Shown: piece by piece, positions 26,741-39,892 of the stretch
Layout: every line of letters starts with the position of its first letter
Position numbering within the stretch: position 1 is the stretch's first letter
Assembly: GCA_951406725.2 (NCBI GenBank)
Contig: OX597840.1
Location: 25,606,001 to 25,670,000, forward strand
Length of the DNA stretch: 64,000 nucleotides
DNA from: Octopus vulgaris
Taxonomy: Eukaryota
Reading direction: 5' to 3'
The notes under the pieces: model-generated
The model's database searches: none
Told to the model about the DNA's origin: nothing
Seen by the model: only the letters and a program-made list of their open reading frames with translations
Made by a program: the position numbers and the translations under genes

Positions 26741-27477
26741 ATCTATAATTTATCTGTACAGAAATGTAGTAAATATTCGCTGTTGCCATTTCTACGGTTT
26801 AAATGTATTCTCCATCTTATATTATTTCTGTTGTTTCAGAATAATGGAATAATAGAATTGTTACAACAGAAACATCACCAGAATATATTCCTCATCTTTT
26901 AAAGACTAAAGGAAGGAATTTTTATACAGAATTGATATTACCTCGTTTAATATGAAGCTGAGGTGAAATATTTCCTCTTGGGTGAGATTATAAACAACAC
27001 TTCTCTGTGTTTGCTCTCTGGAACCTGTACGAGATAATCTTGCATTCTAAATAAACTTGGATTCAATTTACAAAGGAGATTGCAACGTTTCCAAATTACA
27101 GCAGAGATTATAGTTGATGGAAACGTAGCTGAAGGAATATTTGTCAGGAATGATTTATAACAACTAAACTAGAAGATATATATTTTGGTGAAAGAAGAAA
27201 AATTATTGAAGTTTTCATGATGCAGAGAAGATAAAGGATTGATTTTTTTTTTCCCCTGAAGAGTTGTCAAATAAGTGATGGAAATTATGTGACTGCAATT
27301 TCTGTAAAAATATCAGTCTCTCAGAGAAAGCATATTCATAGAGAAGAACACCTTTATCACTGTGATATCTGTAGAAGCTTAAAGAACCAGAAACCTATTC
27401 ATACAGGAAAGAAATATCCATCAGTGTGATACGTGTGGTAAATCATTCTTGCAAATCCATCATTTAACTGTTTACAA

Positions 27478-29763
27478 ATGTATTATACAGGAAAGAAATC
27501 ATATCAGTGTGATATCTGTGGTAAATCATTCTCTCAAACATCTAGATTGACTGATCACAAACGTATTCATACAGGTGAGAAACCATATCAGTGTGATATC
27601 TGTGGTAAATCATTTTCTCAGAATCAACACCTAACTAGACACAAATACATTCACACAGGAAAGAAATCATATCAATGTGATATCTGTAGCAAATCATTCT
27701 CTCAAACATCTAGTTTGACTAATCACAAACGTATTCATACGGGTGAGAAACCATATCAGTGTGATATTTGTGGTAAATCTTTCTCTCATACTAGTAAAGT
27801 AACTGAACATAAACGTATTCATACAGGGGAGAAACCATATCAGTGTGATATTTGTGGTATATCTTTCTCTCGTAATAGTGATGTAACTAGACATAAACGT
27901 ATTCATACAGGGGAGAAACCATATCAGTGTGATATTTGTGGTAAATCTTTCTCTCATAATAGTGCTGTAACTAAACATAAACGTATTCATACAGGGGAGA
28001 AACCATATCAGTGTGATATTTGCGGTAAATCTTTCTCTCATACTAGTGCTGTAACTGAACATAAACGTATTCATACAGGGGAGAAACCATATCAGTGTGA
28101 TATTTGTGGTAAATCTTTCTCTCACACTAGTGCTGTAACTGAACATAAACGTATTCATACAGGGGAGAAACCATATCAGTGTGATATTTGTGGTATATCT
28201 TTCTCTCGTAATAGTGATGTAACTAGACATAAACGTATTCATACAGGGGAGAAACCATATCAGTGTGATATTTGTGGTAAATCTTTCTCTCATACTAGTA
28301 AAGTAACTGAACATAAACGTATTCATACAGGGGAGAAACCATATCAGTGTGATATTTGTGGTATATCTTTCTCTCATACTAGTAAAGTAACTGAACATAA
28401 ACGTATTCATACAGGGGAGAAACCATATCAGTGTGATATTTGTGGTATATCTTTCTCTCGTAATAGTGATGTAACTAGACATAAACGTATTCATACAGGG
28501 GAGAAACCATATCAGTGTGATATTTGTGGTAAATCTTTCTCTCATACTAGTAAAGTAACTGAACATAAACGTATTCATACAAGGGAGAAACCATATCAGT
28601 GTGATATTTGTGGTAAATCTTTCTCTCATACTAGTAAAGTAACTGAACATAAACGTATTCATACAGGGGAGAAACCATATCAGTGTGATATTTGTGGTAT
28701 ATATTTCTCTCGTAATAGTAAAGTAACTGAACATAAACGTATTCATACAAGGGAGAAACCATATCAGTGTGATATTTGTGGTAAATCTTTCTCTCATACT
28801 AGTAAAGTAACTGAACATAAACGTATTCATACAAGGGAGAAACCATATCAGTGTGATATTTGTGGTAAATCTTTCTCTCATACTAGTAAAGTAACTGAAC
28901 ATAAACGTATTCATACAGGGGAGAAACCATATCAGTGTGATATTTGTGGTATATCTTTCTCTCGTAATAGTGATGTAACTAGACATAAACGTATTCATAC
29001 AGGGGAGAAACCATATCAGTGTGATATTTGTGGTAAATCTTTCTCTCATACTAGTAAAGTAACTGAACATAAACGTATTCATACAAGGGAGAAACCATAT
29101 CAGTGTGATATTTGTGGTAAATCTTTCTCTCATACTAGTGCTGTAACTGAACATAAACGTATTCATACAGGGGAGAAACCATATCAGTGTGATATTTGTG
29201 GTATATATTTCTCTCGTAATAGTGATGTAACTAGACATAAACGTATTCATACAAGGGAGAAACCATATCAGTGTGATATTTGTGGTATATCTTTCTCTCA
29301 TACTAGTAAAGTAACTGAACATAAACGTATTCATACAAGGGAGAAACCATATCAGTGTGATATTTGTGGTAAATCTTTCTCTCATACTAGTAAAGTAACT
29401 GAACATAAACGTATTCATACAGGGGAGAAACCATATCAGTGTGATATTTGTGGTATATCTTTCTCTCGTAATAGTGATGTAACTAGACATAAACGTATTC
29501 ATACAGGGGAGAAACCATATCAGTGTGATATTTGTGGTAAATCTTTCTCTCGTAATAGTGCTGTAACTAAACATAAACGTATTCATACAGGGGAGAAACC
29601 ATATCAGTGTGATATTTGTGGTAAATCTTTCTCTCACACTAGTGCTGTAACTGAACATAAACGTATTCATACAGGGGAGAAACCATATCAGTGTGATATC
29701 TGTGGTAAATCTTTCTCTCGTAATAGTCATATAACTAAACATAAACGTATTCATACAGGATAG
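27478..29763 (+). CDS. C2H2 zinc-finger protein, 27 tandem fingers, minisatellite-like 84-bp repeat array
   Basis: 761 aa = MYYTG + 27 x 28 aa. Fingers 4-27 are nearly identical at DNA level; the ORF is uninterrupted. Confidence 0.9.
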   Translation: MYYTGKKSYQCDICGKSFSQTSRLTDHKRIHTGEKPYQCDICGKSFSQNQHLTRHKYIHTGKKSYQCDICSKSFSQTSSLTNHKRIHTGEKPYQCDICGKSFSHTSKVTEHKRIHTGEKPYQCDICGISFSRNSDVTRHKRIHTGEKPYQCDICGKSFSHNSAVTKHKRIHTGEKPYQCDICGKSFSHTSAVTEHKRIHTGEKPYQCDICGKSFSHTSAVTEHKRIHTGEKPYQCDICGISFSRNSDVTRHKRIHTGEKPYQCDICGKSFSHTSKVTEHKRIHTGEKPYQCDICGISFSHTSKVTEHKRIHTGEKPYQCDICGISFSRNSDVTRHKRIHTGEKPYQCDICGKSFSHTSKVTEHKRIHTREKPYQCDICGKSFSHTSKVTEHKRIHTGEKPYQCDICGIYFSRNSKVTEHKRIHTREKPYQCDICGKSFSHTSKVTEHKRIHTREKPYQCDICGKSFSHTSKVTEHKRIHTGEKPYQCDICGISFSRNSDVTRHKRIHTGEKPYQCDICGKSFSHTSKVTEHKRIHTREKPYQCDICGKSFSHTSAVTEHKRIHTGEKPYQCDICGIYFSRNSDVTRHKRIHTREKPYQCDICGISFSHTSKVTEHKRIHTREKPYQCDICGKSFSHTSKVTEHKRIHTGEKPYQCDICGISFSRNSDVTRHKRIHTGEKPYQCDICGKSFSRNSAVTKHKRIHTGEKPYQCDICGKSFSHTSAVTEHKRIHTGEKPYQCDICGKSFSRNSHITKHKRIHTG

Positions 29764-30350
<587 letters not shown>

Positions 30351-30355
30351 ATCAA

Positions 30356-31030
30356 CATCATCATCGTTTAACGTCCGTTTTCCGTGCTAGTACGGGTTGG
30401 ACGTTTCGACCAGGGTCTGGGAAGCCAGGACGCTGCAACAGTGGCACCTCACACATTTCTCCTCATCCATCCGCAGTACATGACCATACCAGCGCAAACG
30501 TCTCTCTTGCACACCACATCTCATGCTTCTTATGTCCAGCATTTCTCTCAGGGTGCTTACACTCTGTCATATGTGCACACTGACATTACACATCCAGCGG
30601 ATCATGTTAGCTTCGTTTCTTTCAAGTCTACGCATGTCCTCTGCAGTCACAGCCTATGTTTCACTGCTGTGAAGCATGGCAATTCGCACACATGCATCAT
30701 ACAATCTAACATTCACTCTGAGCGAGAGACCCTTTGCCACCAGTAGGGGTCAGAGCTTTCTAAACTTAGCCCAGGCTATTCGTATTCTAGTGGTGACACT
30801 CTCTGAGCAACCACCCCCACTACTAACTTGGTCACCCAGGTATCGGAAACTATCAACTACTTCTAGTTTCTCCCCCTGGAGTGTGATGGAATCTGTTTTC
30901 TGAGTATCTGTGGTGTCTATTGTCCCTGTGCATTTGCCGCACATGAAAGCTATCTTCTCAGTCAATTTTCCTTTGATGTTGCTGCACCTCTTATGTGTCC
31001 ATAGCTTACACTGGGTACATCTTATCAATT
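30356..31030 (-). mobile_element. RTE-clade LINE RT fragment with PHD-like Cys/His insert
   Basis: CTQCKLWTHKRCS...CGKC...LEVVDSFRYLGDQVSSGGGCSESVTTRIRIAWAKFRKL; paralog of 22959-23625. Confidence 0.88.
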
Positions 31031-31291
31031 ACTACTTGCTGGCATAGGTCAAACGGTTTGACTGAAACTGGTAAGCCAGAGAGCTTCACCAAGTTCCAAT
31101 CTGATTTGGCACGGCTTCTACGGTTGGATGTCCTTCCTAACGCCAACCTGTCCAAGAGTGTAATGGATGCTTTTAGCGTGTCACGTGCACGGGTGCCAGT
31201 TACGTGACACCAGCATAGACCACAACTACGAATTCACTTTGCTTGACGAGTCTTCTCAACATGCTAATAATGAGGATGAAGAAGAATTATC

Positions 31292-31706
31292 GGATCTTCT
31301 CACTTTGACCGGCAGATTTTTAAAATGATTTCTTTGTAACTAAACACTTTTAAACTTCGTATACTGGTAGAATGTGTTTATAAAACATCTTTTTCTCTTG
31401 GATTTCTTGAGAAAATTCTGTAGTTTGTATGCTATTTCTTGTTTAAATTCTCACCGGACGTTGTTGTTGAACTTGTTGACAAACAACAGCAGTAATTGTA
31501 TTCACCTCAATAGACGTCATTGATTGGTTGAAATTGCCAAAATCCGAGAAATTTAACAAGAAATAGCTTAAAAACTACAGAATTTTCTCAAGGGAGCCAA
31601 GAGAAAAAGATGTTTTATAAACACATTCTACCAGTATACTAAGTTTAAAAGTGTTTAGTTACAAAGATATTATTTTAAAAATCTGTCCGTCAAAGCGAAA
31701 AGATCC
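31292..31706. mobile_element. Long-TIR MITE, 8-bp TSD GAATTATC (paralog of 23890-24289)
   Basis: GGATCTT...AAGATCC termini. TSD at 31284-31291 and 31707-31714. Confidence 0.87.
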
Positions 31707-31845
31707 GAATTATCAAATAAACTATATAAAGTACCCCAGGACTTATTTAGATGAAGGCTGATGTTGGAAAATAGAATCGTGTGCATGTATGTAAGCTTAA
31801 CAGACATTCACAAGCGAGTATGACTTGAGAGCTTAGATGATGCTT

Positions 31846-32016
31846 TCGACCCCGAAAGGATGAAAGGTAAAGTCGACCTCGGCGGAATTTGAACTCAGAA
31901 CGTAGCATCAGACGAAATACTGCCGGGCGAAATGCTCAGCAGTATTTCGTCTGATGCTACGTTTTGAGTTCAAATTCTGCCGAGGTCGACTTTACCTTTC
32001 ATCCTTTCGGGGTCGA
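31846..32016. repeat. 78-bp SINE-derived inverted repeat (paralog of 24429-24599)
   Basis: Same arms and spacer. Confidence 0.9.
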
Positions 32017-32446
32017 TTAAATAAGTACCAGTTACGCACTGGGGTGGATATAATCGACTTAATCCGTTTGTCTGTCCTTGTTTGTCCCCTCTGTGTTTAG
32101 CCCCTTGTTGGCAATAAAGAAATAGGTAGTTGTCTTATTACTTTCAACGTTTCGTTCTCCCTTTGAAGCTCCACTCTAATTTTCGATATTCCCTTCATCT
32201 TAATATCAAATACCAACAGAAAGAGGAAGTTTATGGTGATCCTTCGGTTTAGGTACCATAAGCACCAGAAGTGGCTTTGTTTACATTTCTGAGGATAACA
32301 GAAACCCTTTTCTCCCACCCTAACCTCCCATATATATATATAAAAAAAAACACTTTCTCGAAATGTATCCGGTACTTCTGGGACCTATACCGAAGTTACG
32401 CCGAAGTGGCAATACGAAACATTGCCATACATATTATATATATATA

Positions 32447-32568
32447 CAGGGTGTCCCAAAAAAATGTATGCACACCTTAAATAATTGTAAATTTTTGTAA
32501 GCCTAGTACTTATTCTATCGTTCTCTTTTACCGAACCACTATGTGTATACATTTTTGGGGACACCCTA
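32447..32568. mobile_element. Tc1/mariner-type MITE in a TA tract
   Basis: TA|cagggtgtcccaaaaa.atgta...tacatttttggggacacccta|TA. A second left end cagggtgtccataaagtc starts at ~32608. Confidence 0.75.
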
Positions 32569-32702
32569 TATATATATATTTATATATATATATATATATA
32601 TATAATACAGGGTGTCCATAAAGTCATTTTACAATTAAAAAAATATAAATATATTGCAAAGACGAGAAGATATCTTAATCAGATTTGTTCTTTTGTACTC
32701 AG

Positions 32703-33961
<1,259 letters not shown>

Positions 33962-34004
33962 CCTGAGAAATCCTTCTCTTGTAAATGTCAACTAAGTTTA
34001 CACA

Positions 34005-34208
34005 TAAGCGTATGCTGAATAGTTCCTGGCTTTAAGGGTATCACAAAAGGCCCAACTTTAGAAGTTCTTTTACAGGGCTTAGAAAAACTGAAGGACCACT
34101 GCAATAATTGTTTTTGAATCTGAGAGAAGAATATGTACAATAAAATCATAATTAACCTATCTTGTATTTTCTTTTACCCAGAGCCAGGAACTCTTTAGCA
34201 ACCCCTCA
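34005..34208 (+). mobile_element. Mariner-derived non-autonomous element in the ZNF-B 3' region (also ~41567-41769, 50139-50352, 54942-55590)
   Basis: TIR-like tgctgaatagttcctggct / agccaggaactctttagca. The paralog at ~55490-55555 encodes GLEKLKDHCNNCVYLRREYVQ*, like the mariner transposase C-terminus. Confidence 0.7.
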
Positions 34209-34675
34209 TATATATATATCTATATATATATACATATATATTGGGGTACATTTTTTCTGGTGAAATATGTTGGAAATCATTTTCTTTGAGTTCTCAACAT
34301 TCAGGCTAAAAATCTGCTCGTATTTGAGAGAAACTGTTTTCAAAAAGCATTTGGAAATTATAAATATGTGAATACAGACAGGAGAAAATAAAATTTTTCT
34401 TGTGAAATTCACGAAATTTCTTTCTTTGTTTTATTCATGTTGCTCACGAAAAATCGTAAAAAATTGGTATTTTTATAGAAAATAAATGCACCTTTTTGAT
34501 GTAAATAATTTTTGGCTTTAACATGGTCCGATTTGAATTTTTTCTTCTACGGAAGGAAGAGCAAGCCTTCTTCTATCATACTCTCAATTTTGGTCAACTT
34601 GCACGACAGGGTCTCGGAGGAGATAGTGTTAGTTGAAGGTTATCAAACCTGCCATACACAGACAAGTTCAGCTTT

Positions 34676-34900
34676 ATCGTCATCGTTTAAAGTCCGTTTT
34701 CCATGCTAGCATGGGTTGGACGGTTCAGCAGGGATCTGGGAAGCCAGGAGGCTGAACCAGGCTACAGTCTGTTCTGGCAGTGTTTCTACAGCTGGGTGCC
34801 CTTCCTAACGCCAACCACTCCGTGAGTGTAGTGAATGCTTTTTACGTGCCACCTGCACGGAAGCCAGTCGAGGCGGCGCTGGCATCGGCCACGTTCGTAT
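34676..34900 (-). mobile_element. RTE LINE 3' end / RTE-tailed element (also ~42240-42465, 50815-51040, 52630-52780)
   Basis: (cat)n-cgtttaa.gtccgttttccatgctagcatgggttggacgg, the same tail as on the RTE fragments at 22959 and 30356. Confidence 0.7.
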
Positions 34901-34954
34901 ATAGATTTATGGGAAACAGTGGTGGATCGCGAATGCTAGTAATTTTCAATTACA

Positions 34955-35390
34955 ACAGAGATGCCACAAGAATTTTATACTTTACTTAACTATTTTGAAG
35001 GTCCATTTGTTAGCCATCAAAAGAGACACGGTGAAAGACTAGCAACTCTATTTCACCCTGAAATAGGGAATATTTTACCAAGGAACATTAAACAGAGAAG
35101 ATCCTACGAAGAATCATTCAGAGGCAGCTGTTTGTCGATTACAATATGAATTTAGTATTCAATGTCCAACTCTGTGGAGATTAATAAATGACCTACGTAG
35201 AATACTGAGAGGGGGAAATGAGCACTGTGAACTTTTATAAGATACATGAACCACCAGCTAAACTTTAAAATATATAGTGATGCAGACAGCAGAATATGTG
35301 AACCTCTTACGAATTTTGGAAACATGGATGATGTCAAGGAGTGTTGCTCGTAATTAGCAAACGAAGAACTGAATAAAGTTAGATTTTCGA
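34955..35390 (+). mobile_element. MULE (Mutator-like) transposase C-terminal relic (also ~42520-42955, 51095-51530, 59765-59870)
   Basis: PQEFYTLLNYFE...LFHPEI, and in the 51227 paralog TKNHSEAA..RLQYEF....PTLWRLINDLRRI...KIYSDADSRI. This matches the LL.YFE...LFP...WN / RTNN..E..H.......HP.IW.FI..L pattern of invertebrate MULE transposases. Confidence 0.7.
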
Positions 35391-35679
35391 AGAAAATAAA
35401 ATGCTTTTTCTTTTATTAAAAAATAATATTTGACTGTCGGGTAAAGGGAGATTACTCAATTTGAATTGGTCCACTTGATTTCTGTATTTGGTTGATTAAG
35501 ATTGCAAATAACAAGAATACTGTTTAGGAAATGTATTTTATCTTTAAAAGGCGCGATATAGTCATAAGTGGAAGGGATGGCAGACCTAATTCTCTTTTAT
35601 CAGCCTGTATATCAAAAATTAGTCGCATACAAAGAAATATAAGTAAACGGAAATTTAGTGGTGAATGCCCGTTTTATCA

Positions 35680-35956
35680 AGAATTGATTTCTTTTCAGGC
35701 AAGCCATGTCGACTTTTGTATTCACCCTTTTTGCTGTTCCTAATTGCAAATCGACACCGTTTAATGTCACTTTTTCCCGCAATAATTGTTTACGTTTCTT
35801 TGATTTCCGATCGGCTGAGATATTAAGGGAGAAAAGGGATCGATACCATTGATTGCCTTTCTCGTAGTGTTAAATGATGTTTAGGGACATTTGACTCGTG
35901 CGACCAGAAATCATTGAAGCGAGAGAAAAATTTATCAACGACACGGCCACCCTGGG
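35680..35956 (+). promoter_or_regulatory. Probable promoter/non-coding exon 1 of a ZNF-B gene
   Basis: Conserved in four copies and ends in a consensus donor ctggg|GTAAGT (35957). Candidate acceptor ttttcttcttttacAG| at 39561. Confidence 0.6.
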
Positions 35957-36199
35957 GTAAGTTTCAGGTAGATTAATTATATCAGACTGATGTCGCATTT
36001 GTCTTGTCTTTAAAAGCGAAATTGTCAGGAATTTAGCTTTTCTTTTTCTTTTGGTTGGCTTCGTAATGACCAGGTTATGGCTTTTGTTTTCTCATTTGGA
36101 TGGGTGTAGAATAGGAGTTTGGCTTTTCAGGGGTCATTTGATACCCTTCAGTGCAGAAAGACATTTTTTTAAATAAACGCTTTATTGACAATTGCTGCC

Positions 36200-36705
<506 letters not shown>

Positions 36706-36719
36706 ATACTCTCTCTCTC

Positions 36720-37058
36720 TTTTACTTGTTTCAGTCATTTGACTGCAGCCATGCTGGAGCACCACCTTTTAGTACTTATTCTATCGGTTTCTTTTTGCCG
36801 AACCGCTAAGTGACGGGGACCTAAACACACCAGAATCGGTTGTCAAGCAATGCTAGGGGGACAAACACAGACATATACATATAGATACATATATACGACA
36901 GGCTTCTTTCAGTTTCCGTCTACCAAATCCACTCACAAGGCATTGGTCGGCCCGGGGCTATAGCAGAAAACACCTGCCCAAGATGCCACGCAGTGGGACT
37001 GAACCCGCAACCGTGTGGTTGGTTAGCAAGCTACTTACCACACAGCTACTCCTGCGCC
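36720..37058 (-). mobile_element. SINE type 1 (paralog ~44770-45130)
   Basis: Reverse complement of the ggcgcaggagt...gtaaaagag SINE. Confidence 0.85.
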
Positions 37059-37103
<45 letters not shown>

Positions 37104-37122
37104 ATATATATACATATATATG

Positions 37123-37226
<104 letters not shown>

Positions 37227-37773
37227 CATATGTATATATACATTACTTATTCGTTTCACGTAAGCCAAGTTAACTTTTGTATTGCTCTTCTCAATTTAAA
37301 TCGCACCGTTCCTTCTATAATTACTTCGTTAAGCCGCATGCTTTCAATTTACCAACGACCTGAAATGTCTTTGTGGCTGTATTTAATACCAGCTAGGGAC
37401 ATTTAATTAATATTACCAGTTGTAATCACTGAGGCGAAAGAAAGAAAGACTATCACCAACACATCCAACTTAGAATATATTTCAGGTAATTTAATTATAC
37501 CACGTGTAGTAATTAACTCCTGTTGGGGTGAACGTTTACCTTTATTGATAATTAAATACGACCGATATGAGGTATCGAAGTCGGGGTTTCATCACCTGGA
37601 TGATTAAATATTTTATTTGGCGATCTTTACAAACGAAACTTCGCCTTTTTTTCTAATCACCTGAAATTGTAAACATTTTCACTAGAATACTCTCAAAATA
37701 TGTAGTTCGCAGGCTGAGGACGAAAAGCGCCTTCATTTTTTTTAATTACAGGTTGTTTTTCTGGGAAATAAAC

Positions 37774-37992
37774 CAGTGCTTTTCAAACTTTTTGCTGGAG
37801 CGGAACCCCAAGGAAACATTCCACTGGCTCGAGGAACCGCTGTGCAATAATTTAATAGTCTTATGCACACATATCTGCACAGGCGAATTAAAAATTACTG
37901 CCGATTTTAGCAATTTTGTAACTTCTTGCGGAATCCCTGGACTGTGCTGGCGGAACCCTAAGGTTCCGATGAACCCTGGTTGAAAACCACTG
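37774..37992. mobile_element. hAT (Charlie-like) MITE with 8-bp TSD AAATAAAC
   Basis: CAGTGcTTTTCAA...TTGAAAAcCACTG termini; TSD at 37766-37773 and 37993-38000. The paralog at 45904-46082 has a 40-bp internal deletion. Confidence 0.88.
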
Positions 37993-38431
37993 AAATAAAC
38001 AATAGAAAAGTTACAAGCTTACTTTTACCCAATAGGCAACATATTATTCGGCATACGGGTAGTCATGACTGTGTCCCCACGGGGACAACATGTACAAGCA
38101 CTTTACGTGGTCTCCCGACCTGCTAGATATAACTGACTAATCTTCCTTTCAACTACACCATAAAAATACGAAAGGACTACACTGAAGGAAGGTCCAAGTG
38201 CTTTCAACTTGATCAGTGTATTAATAACATTTAAATTAAAGTCGATCTCTACAGATGGGGAATTACAACCGTGTTTCGTGGTCTGCTACAATAACAGCTC
38301 CTTTATAGGATCCAGTTATCTCAAGACATCATCAGGAGGAACCACGTTCGGTTTCGGCCCTTATTCCTTACTGTGCCCATAAGATCAATATTAAACGTAT
38401 TTTTCGTTTCCTTACGACAGAATTGTAAACG

Positions 38432-38811
38432 AAGGTGCAGGAGTGGCTGTGTGATAAGTAGCTTGCTAACCAACCACATGGTTCCGGGTTCAGTCCCACT
38501 GCGTAGCATCTTGGGCAAGTGTCTTCTGCTATAGCCTCGGGCCGACCAAAACCTTGTGAGTGGATTTGGTAGACGGAAACTGAAAGAAGCCTGTCATATA
38601 TATGTATGTGTGTCTGTGTTTGTCCCCCTAGCATTGCTTGACAACCGATGCTGGTGTGTTTACGTCCCCGTTAACTTAGCGGTTCGGCAAAAGAGACCGA
38701 TAGAATAAGTACTGGGCTTACAAAGAATAAGTCCTGGGGTCGATTTGCTCGACTAAAGGCGGTGCTCCAGCATGGCCGCAGTCAAATGACTGAAACAAGT
38801 AAAAGAGTAAA
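38432..38811 (+). mobile_element. SINE type 1 (paralog ~46549-46932)
   Basis: Full head-to-tail match to the family. Confidence 0.85.
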
Positions 38812-39025
38812 AAGGAAGTTCAAAAGTGTCGGTGGGTGTGGAGAAAGGATCGGTTATCAATATTGTTATTGTATGAAGTATATTGATGATGATTTTGGTA
38901 TTGATAGCATTTTTTCTCTACGATCAAACCTAATAAAACAATTTCAACGTTGGCGCACCTTCAATTTGTTGTTGTTTTTGTACGGCTTAAAGGCACGTTT
39001 CTTTCCTGCCAAGCTTACTGTTTAA

Positions 39026-39246
39026 CCCTTTTGTTACTGTATTTATTTTGAGTTGCTCTGTGTTTCTTTCAATTTATTCTAAATATAACAAAGAATTTAG
39101 TAAAATAACTTAGTTATCTTTAAGCTAGTGTTAGGAACATAAATTGTGACTAAGGTTTGGTGGAAGATTTTAATTTAAAACTTATGAAAACAAGACATTT
39201 GTACTCAGAGCTAGAGGTGGTTTCAGCCGGGTTGGTAACAAAAGGG
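39026..39246. mobile_element. piggyBac-like MITE (TTAA TSD)
   Basis: TTAA|CCCTTTTGTTAC...GTAACAAAAGGG|TTAA. Confidence 0.85.
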
Positions 39247-39892
39247 TTAAACCATGTTTGTGTTCTCCCAGTCAACAGCCTTATCATTTCTGGTACTTTA
39301 AACTCTTCGGTTGCATATTTGTGTGAATAAAATCGCTTTTCTTTGGAATAGAAAAAATGTCTATCTTTATTTCTTCTTCTGCTGGTGTCTCAAATTTAGG
39401 TCAAATCAGTTTTTCTCAAAGGGGAGGCCTATGGGATGGTCAGACAAGTTGTTTTGAGAAAATTTGGTTTAAATGTTTGACAACTCAGCACCGTCCATTG
39501 GACGGTGGGAGGGGGCGTTTTGCTCGTATCTTATATAATTCTATATTTTCTTCTTTTACAGTTGTGCTGAGTGTTCCATCACAGCCTGTCATCTACAGAA
39601 ATTCTGATTCCACCAGAATACCTGCGACCGGTCTTTTATGGATTTTTATTACCTCTATCCCCAATTCTTAATATAGACATAGAAATCTTTTTATCTACAA
39701 TATCTGTAGCACTTGAAGATATCCTTCCCAATGAGCAACAACCATTCTAAGAATTATATAAAGAAAAAATATTTACTTTGTATGTTTCCTGCATGTGTAA
39801 ACAAAGTCCCATGATTTGGATATCGTAAGAAACGAAACCACAACAGATTATAACCACAAACATTGTTTTTTAAGAATTTCTCTGGAGTTAAT

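Noticed and set aside
27694-29754. 686-aa antisense ORF (also 32763-33215, 40385-40765, 54497-54979)
   Set aside because: Shadow frame of stop-free 84-bp finger repeats.
27478-29763. Calling this gene PRDM9
   Set aside because: No PR/SET, KRAB or SSXRD coding sequence is visible; the similarity is only in array behaviour.
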